Below are positions 8,845-17,633 of a stretch of DNA of 64,000 nt, piece by piece. Position numbers and translations under genes: made by a program. Position 1 is the stretch's first letter, and each line of letters opens with the position of its first letter. The stretch is from Deltaproteobacteria bacterium (GTDB lineage: Bacteria; SAR324; XYD2-FULL-50-16). Location: assembly GCA_018645005.1 (NCBI GenBank), contig JABGPJ010000083.1, positions 585 to 64,584 on the forward strand, given 5' to 3'. A model generated the notes under the pieces. That model worked only from the letters and a program-made list of their open reading frames with translations, had not been told where the DNA came from and ran no database searches.

Positions 8845-10128
8845 TTAACTGGTATATATTTCAGACAGTTTACTGATATTGGCATCCAGTGCGTGCGCCT
8901 GTTCGGCAATTGCCTGGTAGCCACTGTCACCCATTTGAGCTGCTGCTTCAGGAGAATTGTGACACATCTGGATGAACGCGTACAGTTCCTCAGAATCGTG
9001 GACAATCTCTAGTCCACCAACGCCAAGAAGCAGGTCAACTTCATCTTTGAAATTAATTGCATAGGGTCCAATGCAAACCGGTTTATGATAGCCCACAGCC
9101 TCTACCATGTTCTGTCCACCTCGGTTACATAAGGAACCGCCAACGAAAACGGCGTCAGCCAGAAAATACCATGATTTGAGAACGCCCATTTGATCGATAA
9201 GTAGAATATGGTTTTTTTGTTCTGTTGTATGTGCAGAATCTAATTCAGAAGAAAAAGAAAAATTGATCCCGCTTTGTACTAATACTCTCGCAAAATCGTC
9301 TTTTTTACCTGGATGCCTTGGGATTAGAACCATCTGAAAACCTGAGACTTCTTTCTGAAGCTTTTTCCATGCTGGCAGGATATATTCCAGCTCATCTGCT
9401 TGCAGGGATCCTGCAACAAAAAGAAAGGAAGTCTTGAGGGATAAAAAGTCTGTTCTGAGTGAAATAAGGGAATTTTTATCTGGTGGATGGGGGATTTCGT
9501 ACTTGAGGTTCCCCTGGCTGAGAATACGGTTTTCGGGGACACCAAGCTTTTTAAATCGCTGGGCAGAAACTTGATCACGGGCAAGGATCCAATCGAGGTG
9601 GCTGATCGTTCTGGCAAATAGTTGTTTTCCGATAAGATAGCGATTGTAATATCGGTCACTCAAGCGAGCATTAACAATTGTAATCTGCCCGGTTTTTGCC
9701 ATTAATCGGACCATATTTGGCCAGATTTCTGTCTCAATCAGAACCAGATGTTGTGGATTAGTCAGGCGAATGAACTTTTTTACAATAAAACTCAGATCTA
9801 AGGGCGCCACCAATACGGGAACAGTGGTCTCTTTTTCCCCCAGTGTTTTTGATTGAATGGTATTGGTCGTGATGAAGAATTGCCTGTTTTCATCAGTCTG
9901 CAGCCAGGCACGAATTAGTTTGATTGCCAGCCGGATTTCTCCGATGGAGGCAGCGTGTACCCATATCGTATTTGCCGGCAACGCGGTCGCGTCTTTGTAA
10001 TTTGAAACGTCAGGGAACAGTCTGATGGTAAAATTTTTGCGGAAATCACGATCAAAAAGAATTTTGAAAGATAGAATAGGAGAAAAAAACAAAATAGCAA
10101 TTGCGTAAAACAGATCAAAGACAGACAA
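8845..10128 (-). CDS. waaA: 3-deoxy-D-manno-octulosonic acid (Kdo) transferase
   Basis: 427 aa. It is collinear by eye with E. coli WaaA: WVHAASIGE, ETEIWPN, NARLS, IPRHP, FVGGSL..RGGQN. TTG start. Confidence 0.9.
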   Translation of the reverse strand: MSVFDLFYAIAILFFSPILSFKILFDRDFRKNFTIRLFPDVSNYKDATALPANTIWVHAASIGEIRLAIKLIRAWLQTDENRQFFITTNTIQSKTLGEKETTVPVLVAPLDLSFIVKKFIRLTNPQHLVLIETEIWPNMVRLMAKTGQITIVNARLSDRYYNRYLIGKQLFARTISHLDWILARDQVSAQRFKKLGVPENRILSQGNLKYEIPHPPDKNSLISLRTDFLSLKTSFLFVAGSLQADELEYILPAWKKLQKEVSGFQMVLIPRHPGKKDDFARVLVQSGINFSFSSELDSAHTTEQKNHILLIDQMGVLKSWYFLADAVFVGGSLCNRGGQNMVEAVGYHKPVCIGPYAINFKDEVDLLLGVGGLEIVHDSEELYAFIQMCHNSPEAAAQMGDSGYQAIAEQAHALDANISKLSEIYTS

Positions 10129-10164
10129 TCGAACCCCCCGGGTATAAATTTCAAACAGTCAGGC

Positions 10165-10890
10165 CTATCCCTGGTAGACCTCATAGTTCTGAATTCCTGC
10201 TTTTTCCAGGTCTTCATATGTGTTTACAGAAATCGCGTCAAAAGGCAAGGGGATACAGTTAAGTTTGAGGCCGTTGTCCAGAGCCCGCATCTGTTCTAGA
10301 GAGTAGGCTTTCTCCAAAGGCGATTGTTCCATTTTACAGAATTTTCTTAGAAATCCAGGCGTATATATATAAATTGATGTGTGTTTCAGGGCGCATCCGA
10401 TGGGGTCCCTTGTGAACACCAGGGCATTGTCTTGCATGTCCAGAACTACTTTTGCGACATTGCGGTCGCCTTTTTCCGCCTCCGGGAGTTCAGTAACCGT
10501 GGTCCAGAATTCTGCAAGATTTTTGCGTTTTTCCAACTCTCCCGGGAGTTGCCTCAACAGTTCCGGGCTGATAAAGGGTTCATCTCCCTGAACATTGATA
10601 ATAAAATCAAACTCTCCCAGTTCACGGGCTAGAATGTCATAGGCCTCCAGGACCCTTTCAGTGCCGCATTTATGATCGCTGGATGTCATAACGGGATAAA
10701 GCCCTGTTATATTAGAACACGCATCAAGAATCTGGCTGGAATCTGAGGCCAGTGCAACAGGCTGAAGACCGCTTTCCATGATGCGGTCAATTGTATGCCG
10801 AACCATGGTCTTGCCATTAAATTTCAACAGGGGTTTATTGGGCATTCTCTCAGATCCAATGCGGGCAGGGACAATGACGATCAGTTTCAT
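10165..10890 (-). CDS. kdsB: 3-deoxy-manno-octulosonate cytidylyltransferase (CMP-Kdo synthetase)
   Basis: 241 aa with the N-terminal IVIVPARIGSERMPNKPL nucleotidyltransferase motif and the INVQGDEPFI motif. Confidence 0.9.
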   Translation of the reverse strand: MKLIVIVPARIGSERMPNKPLLKFNGKTMVRHTIDRIMESGLQPVALASDSSQILDACSNITGLYPVMTSSDHKCGTERVLEAYDILARELGEFDFIINVQGDEPFISPELLRQLPGELEKRKNLAEFWTTVTELPEAEKGDRNVAKVVLDMQDNALVFTRDPIGCALKHTSIYIYTPGFLRKFCKMEQSPLEKAYSLEQMRALDNGLKLNCIPLPFDAISVNTYEDLEKAGIQNYEVYQG

Positions 10891-10922
10891 AGCTGTTACG
10901 TGTGCCTTTTTAGGTGTATTTT

Positions 10923-11576
10923 TTAAGCAGAGAAATTCGCCAGCATTTCCAGCCAGCCACTTCGCCAGAGTAGCAGTAAATAAAGTACGACGACGGCAAG
11001 CAATGTATGCTTTTCCGAAAGTATCGCCTTTTTAAACTCACCTCTGATCTGCTCGGGATTTACCTCAGTTGAAACCAGTTTTGGAATCCAGCGCGGTACC
11101 CGTGCGCTATACTTATCAAATTCAGTTCCGAAAGTGTTGCGCAGGTTTTGCTCTTCCCAACGGATAATGGGAATATATTGGATAAAGAAAAATGCAATAA
11201 ATCCAAGTGTAAAATAGAGATGCACATTCGCGGCGACAATCATCCCCAGACTGAGAAAAAAGTTACCGATATACAGAGGGTTACGGACGTGAGCAAATAA
11301 TCCACTGGTGATAAGCTTCTGCCCGGTGCTGTATGTTTTTGTGCGACTGACGCCTCCGATATGTGCTACCCCAAAAATTCGAACCATTTCGCCTGACAAA
11401 GAGAGTAGCAACCCAATGATCAGGCTGTTTCTTTCAACGTTAGCGTATATTATCATGGCTATGACAAATGGGATGGGGGTATAGTCTCGATTTTTAAATA
11501 GTAGTTCGCCGAGTTTTAACATGATTGATAGGTTTCTGATGATTAAAAAGTTTGCTGAACGGGATGGAACAAACAT
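10923..11576 (-). CDS. isoprenylcysteine carboxyl methyltransferase (ICMT/PEMT)-family membrane methyltransferase
   Basis: 217-aa polytopic ORF with LITSGLFAHVRNPLYIGNFF and EEQNLRNTFG..Y..Y...VPRWIP, the family signature. Confidence 0.8.
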   Translation of the reverse strand: MFVPSRSANFLIIRNLSIMLKLGELLFKNRDYTPIPFVIAMIIYANVERNSLIIGLLLSLSGEMVRIFGVAHIGGVSRTKTYSTGQKLITSGLFAHVRNPLYIGNFFLSLGMIVAANVHLYFTLGFIAFFFIQYIPIIRWEEQNLRNTFGTEFDKYSARVPRWIPKLVSTEVNPEQIRGEFKKAILSEKHTLLAVVVLYLLLLWRSGWLEMLANFSA

Positions 11577-11661
11577 GCTGTTCCATCCTGTTTTATGGGG
11601 TATTGTATGAGAAGAAACGTTTTTCGTCCAATGTGTTTGGTGGGAGAACGAGTAAAAGCCT

Positions 11662-12705
11662 TTAAGGGTCGCGTGTTGTCAATTCTTTAACAGTCCTTAC
11701 GAGATGCAGCAAATTCTGTGGATTGACAGCTTTGTCAATCCCGTGGCCCAGATTAAAGATATGTCCGGTATCTCCATTGTAACTTTGGATAATTTCTTCA
11801 GCTTTTTTACTGATAACGTCAGGCCTGCAAAAAAGAATACTGGGATTGAGGTTACCCTGCAGAGCCACTTTTTTTCCGATCAACCGTTTGGCTTCACCTA
11901 TATCCGTTTTCCAGTCAAGGCTGATGACATCGGCACCTGTTTGCGACATCAGTTCCAGAAGATGATTACCTCCGTTGATGTAATAAACCACTGGAACTTC
12001 GCCTCTCTTATTGAGACTGGCAAAAATTTCTGATACGTAAGGAAAAATGTATTCTTTGTAATCAGAGGGGTTCAATATTCCAGCCCAGGTATCGAAAAGC
12101 TGCACCATTTGCGCACCGTTTTCTATCTGATAATTGAGATAGTCAATGGTCATACGGGTTAGCTTGCTCATCAACAGACGTGCCGTTTGCGAATCATTAA
12201 AAAACAAGGTGGTGAGGTTGGCAAAAAGCTTTGACTGTTCATCTTTTACAAGATAGTAAGCTAGCGTAAATGGGGCTCCAGCAAATCCAATCACCGGGGC
12301 TCTACCTGCAACCCTTTTTCTGATCCGGCCCAGGATTTCGCCAACATAGGCGGTGGAAACAGAAGGATCCGGGATAATGAGTTTTTCGATATCTTGAAGT
12401 GATTGAACCGGATTGTGGATTTGGGGGCCCGGTTTGAAATCGAGATCAATTCCCATACCCATCAGGGGGGTCAAAATATCTGAAAACATGATAACGGCAT
12501 CGACCTCCATCAAGTCCAGGGGCTGGATGGATACTTCTGCTGCCAGCTCCGGATTCATACACAAATCCAGAAAACTCCCTGCCTTTGCTCTGACTGCCAG
12601 ATATTCTGGTAAATACCTACCGGCTTGCCGCATTACCCAGATGGGGGTTCGTTCAACAGGTTGTTTGAAAGCCGCTCTGATTAATAACGAATCACTGTTA
12701 TTCAT
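11662..12705 (-). CDS. hemE: uroporphyrinogen decarboxylase
   Basis: 347 aa with the PIWVMRQAGRYLPEY signature and collinear downstream motifs (FDTWAG, NLGHGI). Confidence 0.93.
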   Translation of the reverse strand: MNNSDSLLIRAAFKQPVERTPIWVMRQAGRYLPEYLAVRAKAGSFLDLCMNPELAAEVSIQPLDLMEVDAVIMFSDILTPLMGMGIDLDFKPGPQIHNPVQSLQDIEKLIIPDPSVSTAYVGEILGRIRKRVAGRAPVIGFAGAPFTLAYYLVKDEQSKLFANLTTLFFNDSQTARLLMSKLTRMTIDYLNYQIENGAQMVQLFDTWAGILNPSDYKEYIFPYVSEIFASLNKRGEVPVVYYINGGNHLLELMSQTGADVISLDWKTDIGEAKRLIGKKVALQGNLNPSILFCRPDVISKKAEEIIQSYNGDTGHIFNLGHGIDKAVNPQNLLHLVRTVKELTTRDP

Positions 12706-12711
12706 GTTTCC

Positions 12712-13296
12712 TCAGTCTTCTTTGAAAAAATCCACTTGATACGTGGAAATTTCAATCGGGTTATTTTTCCAATAAGCTTTACTTAAGCCTGCTTTGCGAC
12801 ACAGGTCGCTGATAAAATCCTCACGAATGGCAAGGGTATCCCAAACCTGTGGTAAGAAGGTTGCGCTTTTACTGCCAGCAGATAACACGACGCCATCTTT
12901 CCTGGGTCTTATTTTCATGATCTTATCAAAACTGGAAATGCCTTCAACTGTCTTAGGGATGCTCAGGATTGATATTTCAATGATAATCTTTTCCAATTCC
13001 TCAGCAGTCACCTTATCAAAGCGATGATCGTTGAATGCGGCGGCCTTGCTCAGATGAATGACGTTCTGATAGAGGGAAAGATCGGATTCGATTCGGCCGA
13101 TGCACCCTCTCAGGTTCTCGTTTTTCAAGAGTGTAACAAAGACCCCGTTTTTTTGCTGTAGGGCTTCGATATTGTATTTTTCCAGATCGTTATGGCTGTT
13201 GTACAGCTCATTTTCCAACACTTTTCTAGCTAAGGACAACAATTTTTTTTTGAGGTGGGGTTCCATAACTTTCGGGTTAGTATGTGAATTCCTCAT
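12712..13296 (-). CDS. AMMECR1-domain protein
   Basis: 194 aa with the LRGCIGRIE and DHRF motifs of the AMMECR1 family. It lies 6 nt upstream of hemE. Confidence 0.85.
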   Translation of the reverse strand: MRNSHTNPKVMEPHLKKKLLSLARKVLENELYNSHNDLEKYNIEALQQKNGVFVTLLKNENLRGCIGRIESDLSLYQNVIHLSKAAAFNDHRFDKVTAEELEKIIIEISILSIPKTVEGISSFDKIMKIRPRKDGVVLSAGSKSATFLPQVWDTLAIREDFISDLCRKAGLSKAYWKNNPIEISTYQVDFFKED

Positions 13297-14458
13297 TATT
13301 ATGTCGAATCGTCAGTTGGTTTGCTGCGGATGTACTCCTCTCGCAGTGCCCGATGATTCGCGCATCAATCTCACATTCTTTGGCAATTGTCAAGATATCA
13401 TCCACCGCCGACTCACGCGTATATAGTTCTAAACGATGCCCCATATTAAAGACCGGGTACATTTCCTGGAGGCTATACCCCTTGGTATCAATTATATACG
13501 AAAATACCGGTGGAATGGGAAAAAGGTTGTCTTTGATGTAATGGATTGTGTGACCAAATTTGAGACATTTAGTCTGGCCACCACCGGTGCAGTGAACCAG
13601 ACCGTGTACTTCATCCGGGTTGTGTTGCAGGATCTTTTGAATCAGCGGCGTGTAGGTTCGGGTCGGCGACAGTACCGCCTGCCCAAGGGTCAATGGCGTT
13701 CCTGCGAGGGGATCCTCGATTCTGCCTTTTCCACAATAAACCAGATCTGGTGGGATTTCAGGTGAGAAGCTTTCAGGGTACTTACTGGCATAAATTTCTG
13801 AAAAGCAGTCGTGCCGGGCAGCAGTTAAACCGTTGCTACCAATACCACTGTTATACTCTTTTTCCCATTTTGATTTTCCAAAACTGGCGAAACCGACAAT
13901 GACATCTCCAGGTGTGGTATTGTTTAAATCAAGGACCTGTTTTCTTTTGAGACGGGCTGTAATGGTGCTATCGACGATCAAGGTGCGAACCAAGTCTCCT
14001 ACGTCTGCCGTTTCCCCGCCACACATCTCAATTGTGATACCATGTTCGGATAGATTTTGAATAGACTCTGCAAATCCATCGATAATGGTTTGAATGACTT
14101 TTCCTGGAACAAAAAACTTATTGCGGCCGATGGTGTTGGAGAGTAGAAAATGGTCAACGGCACCAACGCAGGCAAGATCGTCCATATTCATCACCAGGGA
14201 GTCAATCGCTATCCCTTTAAAGGCGGATATGTCACCCGTTTCTCTCCAGTACAGATACGCCAGGGAGGATTTAGTGCCAGCCCCGTCTGCATGCATCAAC
14301 AAACAATAGTCTGGATCACCGGTAAGTGTATCGGGAAGAATTTTGCAAAAAGCGCCCGGAAAAACACCGGGGTCGATGTTTTTAATGGCTTCATGAATCT
14401 CATTTTTACTTGAAGAGACGCCTCTTGACAGATAGATATCTGATTCCGCCATATTCAT
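13277..14458 (-). CDS. purM: phosphoribosylformylglycinamidine cyclo-ligase (long-form PurM/AIR synthase)
   Basis: 393 aa. By eye, RGVSSSK.E.H.AIKNID.G.FP.AFCKI.PD.LTGD..YC..MHADGAGTKSSLAY.YW.ETGD and VFNMGHR match the ~390-aa PurM form known from Bacteroidota-type genomes. The 3' end overlaps the AMMECR1 start by 20 nt. Confidence 0.85.
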   Translation of the reverse strand: MNMAESDIYLSRGVSSSKNEIHEAIKNIDPGVFPGAFCKILPDTLTGDPDYCLLMHADGAGTKSSLAYLYWRETGDISAFKGIAIDSLVMNMDDLACVGAVDHFLLSNTIGRNKFFVPGKVIQTIIDGFAESIQNLSEHGITIEMCGGETADVGDLVRTLIVDSTITARLKRKQVLDLNNTTPGDVIVGFASFGKSKWEKEYNSGIGSNGLTAARHDCFSEIYASKYPESFSPEIPPDLVYCGKGRIEDPLAGTPLTLGQAVLSPTRTYTPLIQKILQHNPDEVHGLVHCTGGGQTKCLKFGHTIHYIKDNLFPIPPVFSYIIDTKGYSLQEMYPVFNMGHRLELYTRESAVDDILTIAKECEIDARIIGHCERSTSAANQLTIRHNNEEFTY

Positions 14459-14517
14459 TCCATTGGAATTTTATAAAATAAACTGCCAGAAGATGTGGGA
14501 AACGATCTGATGTTCTG

Positions 14518-15438
14518 TCAGCAGGATGACCGAGCGACTTGCGTAAACTCCTTATCGGTCGTGCTTTTCATCAACAAAGCGCGCAAGGATTTTGCTCCGT
14601 TGAACCCATTGATATAACCGGAAAGGTGTTTGCGAAACTCGATTAGTGCGATGTGCTCGTCCTTATAGCGCCTGAGAAGCTGGAAATGGGCCAACATTTT
14701 CTCAATTTTATCTTTAAGCGTAATTTCGGCACGTTTCTCATCGGACCAGAAAACCCACGGATTTCCGATGGCGTTTCGTCCGATCATGTAACCGTCAAGA
14801 TTACGTAAACGGGACAGGCCGTCATCTCGCCCTTTGATGTCTCCGTTGCCAATCACCGGTATTGCAACCGCTCTCTTTAATTCATAGATCGGTTCCCAGT
14901 TCGCTTCACCCTTGTACTTCTGTCTATAGGTCCGTCCGTGGATACTTACCATCTGTGTCCCTGCGTCAATGAGGGCTTTTACAAAATCGATCAATTGTTC
15001 TGCATCTGACCAGCCGAGACGTGTTTTCACTGTAATCGGTAATCTGGTTGCCTTACAACAGGCTTCTACAATCCTGCAGGCGAGATCCCTATCTTTCATG
15101 AGGCTACCGCCGGTATTGGCCTTGACTATTTTTTTTGACGGGCAGCCCATATTGATATCAAAGCCCGTCACACCAGTATCTTGAAGTGATTCTACTGTTT
15201 TTCCAAAGCCAGCCGGATCATTTCCAAAAATCTGGATAAAATAGGGTAGTTCAGAGACATCAAAAACTAAGCGTTTTCTAACCTGTTCACTGTGTTCGAT
15301 ACCATGAATATTGGTAAATTCACTATAGAGAACCACATCAGGATTCAACTGACGGACGATCTGCCGGTACGCCGGATCTGTGTATCCGTCCATCGGGGCC
15401 AGGGCTGCGATAGGGCTGGTAAACGTTCCGGGTAGCAT
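14518..15438 (-). CDS. tRNA-dihydrouridine synthase
   Basis: 306 aa with LAPMDGYTDPAYR, DINMGCP, KTRLGW and HGRT motifs of the Dus family. Confidence 0.9.
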   Translation of the reverse strand: MLPGTFTSPIAALAPMDGYTDPAYRQIVRQLNPDVVLYSEFTNIHGIEHSEQVRKRLVFDVSELPYFIQIFGNDPAGFGKTVESLQDTGVTGFDINMGCPSKKIVKANTGGSLMKDRDLACRIVEACCKATRLPITVKTRLGWSDAEQLIDFVKALIDAGTQMVSIHGRTYRQKYKGEANWEPIYELKRAVAIPVIGNGDIKGRDDGLSRLRNLDGYMIGRNAIGNPWVFWSDEKRAEITLKDKIEKMLAHFQLLRRYKDEHIALIEFRKHLSGYINGFNGAKSLRALLMKSTTDKEFTQVARSSC

Positions 15439-15568
15439 CCTTTTGATTCATGAAAAAGGTTTGGGTTTATTGATCTATTGAATTGCTTGTCGTGTGTCCA
15501 ATTATCCAATTTATTGACCATATTGTGAACCCCTTAATCAGAAACTTTCAGAAAAAGTGAGTGGACGA

Positions 15569-15603
15569 TTTTAGAAACTTGACATAGCGTCAAGTTTCTA
15601 AAA
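15569..15603. promoter_or_regulatory. perfect 15-bp inverted repeat (candidate operator) in a divergent promoter region
   Basis: TTTTAGAAACTTGAC-ATAGC-GTCAAGTTTCTAAAA read directly from the sequence. It contains TTGACA-like hexamers in both orientations. It lies between dus (-) and ORF 15701 (+). Confidence 0.5.
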
Positions 15604-15627
15604 ACATAGATTGGATTATTGATCGAA

Positions 15628-15670
15628 AATTAATGAAACTCGAGACGGTTTCGTTAATTCGTTTTTGTTT
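15628..15670 (+). promoter_or_regulatory. leader hairpin followed by a U-run (attenuator/terminator-like) upstream of ORF 15701
   Basis: AATTAATGAAAC-TCGAGACG-GTTTCGTTAATT forms a 12-bp stem with one G.U pair. It is followed by CGTTTTTGTTT, 31 nt before the TTG start at 15701. Confidence 0.4.
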
Positions 15671-15700
15671 CAACAAATCGTTATTAATTGAAGAAAGCGT

Positions 15701-16114
15701 TTGAAATTACAAAACCCGGAAGATCTTTTGAGAGTTAACAGGGTTTTTCTCTGTAACAAAAAAGGACAGAACGTATCATTTATGGCCTGTCCGCTGTGTG
15801 AGTATTATTCCTGCTCCCAATTGACGAGTGACCAGATTAAAGAGCTAAATGTGTCACCCTTAATGGACAGGCGTATTGTAAAATTAATTCCCAGGAGATG
15901 TAAATTGTTTATTATCAAATATTTAGATGGAACTTTGAAAGAAGCCCCTGAGTTGGACCCGAACAATCCAGACAGGCACTTAATGCAGGATGTCGATACT
16001 GTTTACCAAATAGGTAAAGAACTGGTACCGGTGATTGTTTTGAAACCAAAACCCAAACAGGACAGAGACCGGATTATCAAAGAAGCGGCTGAAAACAAAG
16101 CAAAAAAGAACTAG
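15701..16114 (+). CDS. hypothetical Cys-cluster protein with lysine-rich tail
   Basis: 137-aa ORF with a TTG start. It carries a C-x11-C-x2-C-x4-C cluster (CNKKGQNVSFMACPLCEYYSC) and a basic C-terminus. No family recognised. Confidence 0.5.
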   Translation: MKLQNPEDLLRVNRVFLCNKKGQNVSFMACPLCEYYSCSQLTSDQIKELNVSPLMDRRIVKLIPRRCKLFIIKYLDGTLKEAPELDPNNPDRHLMQDVDTVYQIGKELVPVIVLKPKPKQDRDRIIKEAAENKAKKN

Positions 16115-16133
16115 ATTATTACGAGAAAAGGTC

Positions 16134-16937
16134 ATGAACAGCAAAAATAAAGACTATTCCGCATTTGATCAGCCATCCATAATGCAGTTTTTGTTTAATC
16201 CACGACCTGAGATGGGGGAAACATCAACAGCAGCTACTTACAAGGAAATTCTGATCCCAGTCGGAGAAGGAGTGATTATCGGATCCCGATTTTATGCGGT
16301 TGATAAAAGTGCCCCTGTCATTCTGTTCTTTCATGGCAATGGTGAAATCGTTGAAGATTATGATGATCTTGCGAGCTTTTATGGGCGGATGAATGTCAAT
16401 TTTCTGCCGGTGGATTATCGGGGTTATGGAAAGTCAACAGGTCGTCCGTCAGTGTCAACCATGATGAGAGATAGCCATGAAATCTTTGAATATGTGACAA
16501 CTTTTTTAAAAAGTGAAGCGTACTCTGGTCCTTTAATTGTGATGGGTCGATCTCTGGGCAGTGCGTCAGCACTGGAGCTGGCGACGATGTACCAAAACCG
16601 GATTGATGGTTTGGTGATAGAAAGCGGTTTTGCTTTTGCCCTACCACTACTGCAGCTGATTGGAATAGATACAACTCGGCTTGGAATCACTGAAGAACAG
16701 GGTTTTTCAAATTTTGATAAAATAAAGAGCTTTGAAAAACCAACATTGATTATTCACGCTGAATTTGATCACATCATTCCCTTTAGTGATGGAAAATACC
16801 TGTTTGATAACAGTCCGGCAAAGGACAAAAATCTGTTAATGGTTCGAGGGGCAAATCATAATAATATTTTCGCCCTGGGGTTGCAGGAGTATCTTCAATC
16901 TATTCAAGGTCTTATCGGTTTATTATCCCGGGATTGA
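16134..16937 (+). CDS. alpha/beta hydrolase (Bem46/ABHD13-like)
   Basis: 267 aa with FFHGNGE, nucleophile elbow GRSLGS, and acid and His motifs (FDHIIP, GANHNN). Confidence 0.8.
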   Translation: MNSKNKDYSAFDQPSIMQFLFNPRPEMGETSTAATYKEILIPVGEGVIIGSRFYAVDKSAPVILFFHGNGEIVEDYDDLASFYGRMNVNFLPVDYRGYGKSTGRPSVSTMMRDSHEIFEYVTTFLKSEAYSGPLIVMGRSLGSASALELATMYQNRIDGLVIESGFAFALPLLQLIGIDTTRLGITEEQGFSNFDKIKSFEKPTLIIHAEFDHIIPFSDGKYLFDNSPAKDKNLLMVRGANHNNIFALGLQEYLQSIQGLIGLLSRD

Positions 16938-17012
16938 CGATATAACCTACCTGACAGGATTAGAAATCGTCCTGTATTACAGATTCATCGCAATGTTTTT
17001 TATCAAATCCGG

Positions 17013-17042
17013 TTGACCTAGATTGGTATCAAGCAGTATGCT
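17013..17042 (+). promoter_or_regulatory. candidate sigma70-type promoter for infA
   Basis: TTGACC (17013-17018), an 18-nt spacer, then TATGCT (17037-17042), about 130 nt upstream of infA. Pattern match only. Confidence 0.3.
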
Positions 17043-17170
17043 GAGCGATACAACAAGATAAACTGGATTGGGTGCGATACGCGTTGCGCTCTTTGTGGAA
17101 CATTATATATTAAGCACAGGTTCTTCATAAGGACAGGGTTCTGTGATCAATAGCAAATAAAAGGAGTCAT

Positions 17171-17452
17171 TTGAGCGACGAAAAAGAAGAAAAAATTCTT
17201 ATGCAGGGAATTGTTTTGGATTCATCCAAAGGGGTATTCCAGGTGCAGTTGGAAAACGGACATAACGTTATCGGACATCTTTCTGGTAAAATGAAGAAGT
17301 ATTACATCCGCGTTCTGAAAGGAGATGAAGTCACGATCGAGCTTTCCCCTTACGATCTGGAAAGGGGACGCATCGTTGAACGGAAGAAAATAGAACGAAA
17401 GGTAGGAACCTCAAAAAAGGCGCTCAAACATCGACAGTACAAGAAACGTTAG
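17171..17452 (+). CDS. infA: translation initiation factor IF-1 with basic C-terminal extension
   Basis: 93 aa. MQGIVLD....F.V.LENGH.V..H.SGKM.K.YIR.L.GD.V..ELSPYDL.RGRIV is collinear with E. coli IF-1. TTG start with AAGGAG at 17161-17166. It has about 17 extra K/R-rich residues beyond the usual end. Confidence 0.9.
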   Translation: MSDEKEEKILMQGIVLDSSKGVFQVQLENGHNVIGHLSGKMKKYYIRVLKGDEVTIELSPYDLERGRIVERKKIERKVGTSKKALKHRQYKKR

Positions 17453-17633
17453 GCATCAAAAAATCAGACAAAGATCTCCCCTCCTAAAATACTCATTTCA
17501 GTGGGATTCAGGCCGAAGTAATTCAATTGGTAAATCCTATTTATCGTTTCATTCAGCCAGCCACTTCTTTTTAGGTTCTTAAAAGTTTTGCTCTAAGGCG
17601 ATGCAGAAGCTTCTTTTTGACTGGAAAATCCAT

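Noticed and set aside
17605-17620. Palindrome AGAAGCTTCT followed by TTTTGA as an infA/amidase terminator
   Set aside because: As a hairpin it leaves only a 3-bp stem around a 4-nt loop, which is too weak. It is more simply a chance HindIII-type palindrome.
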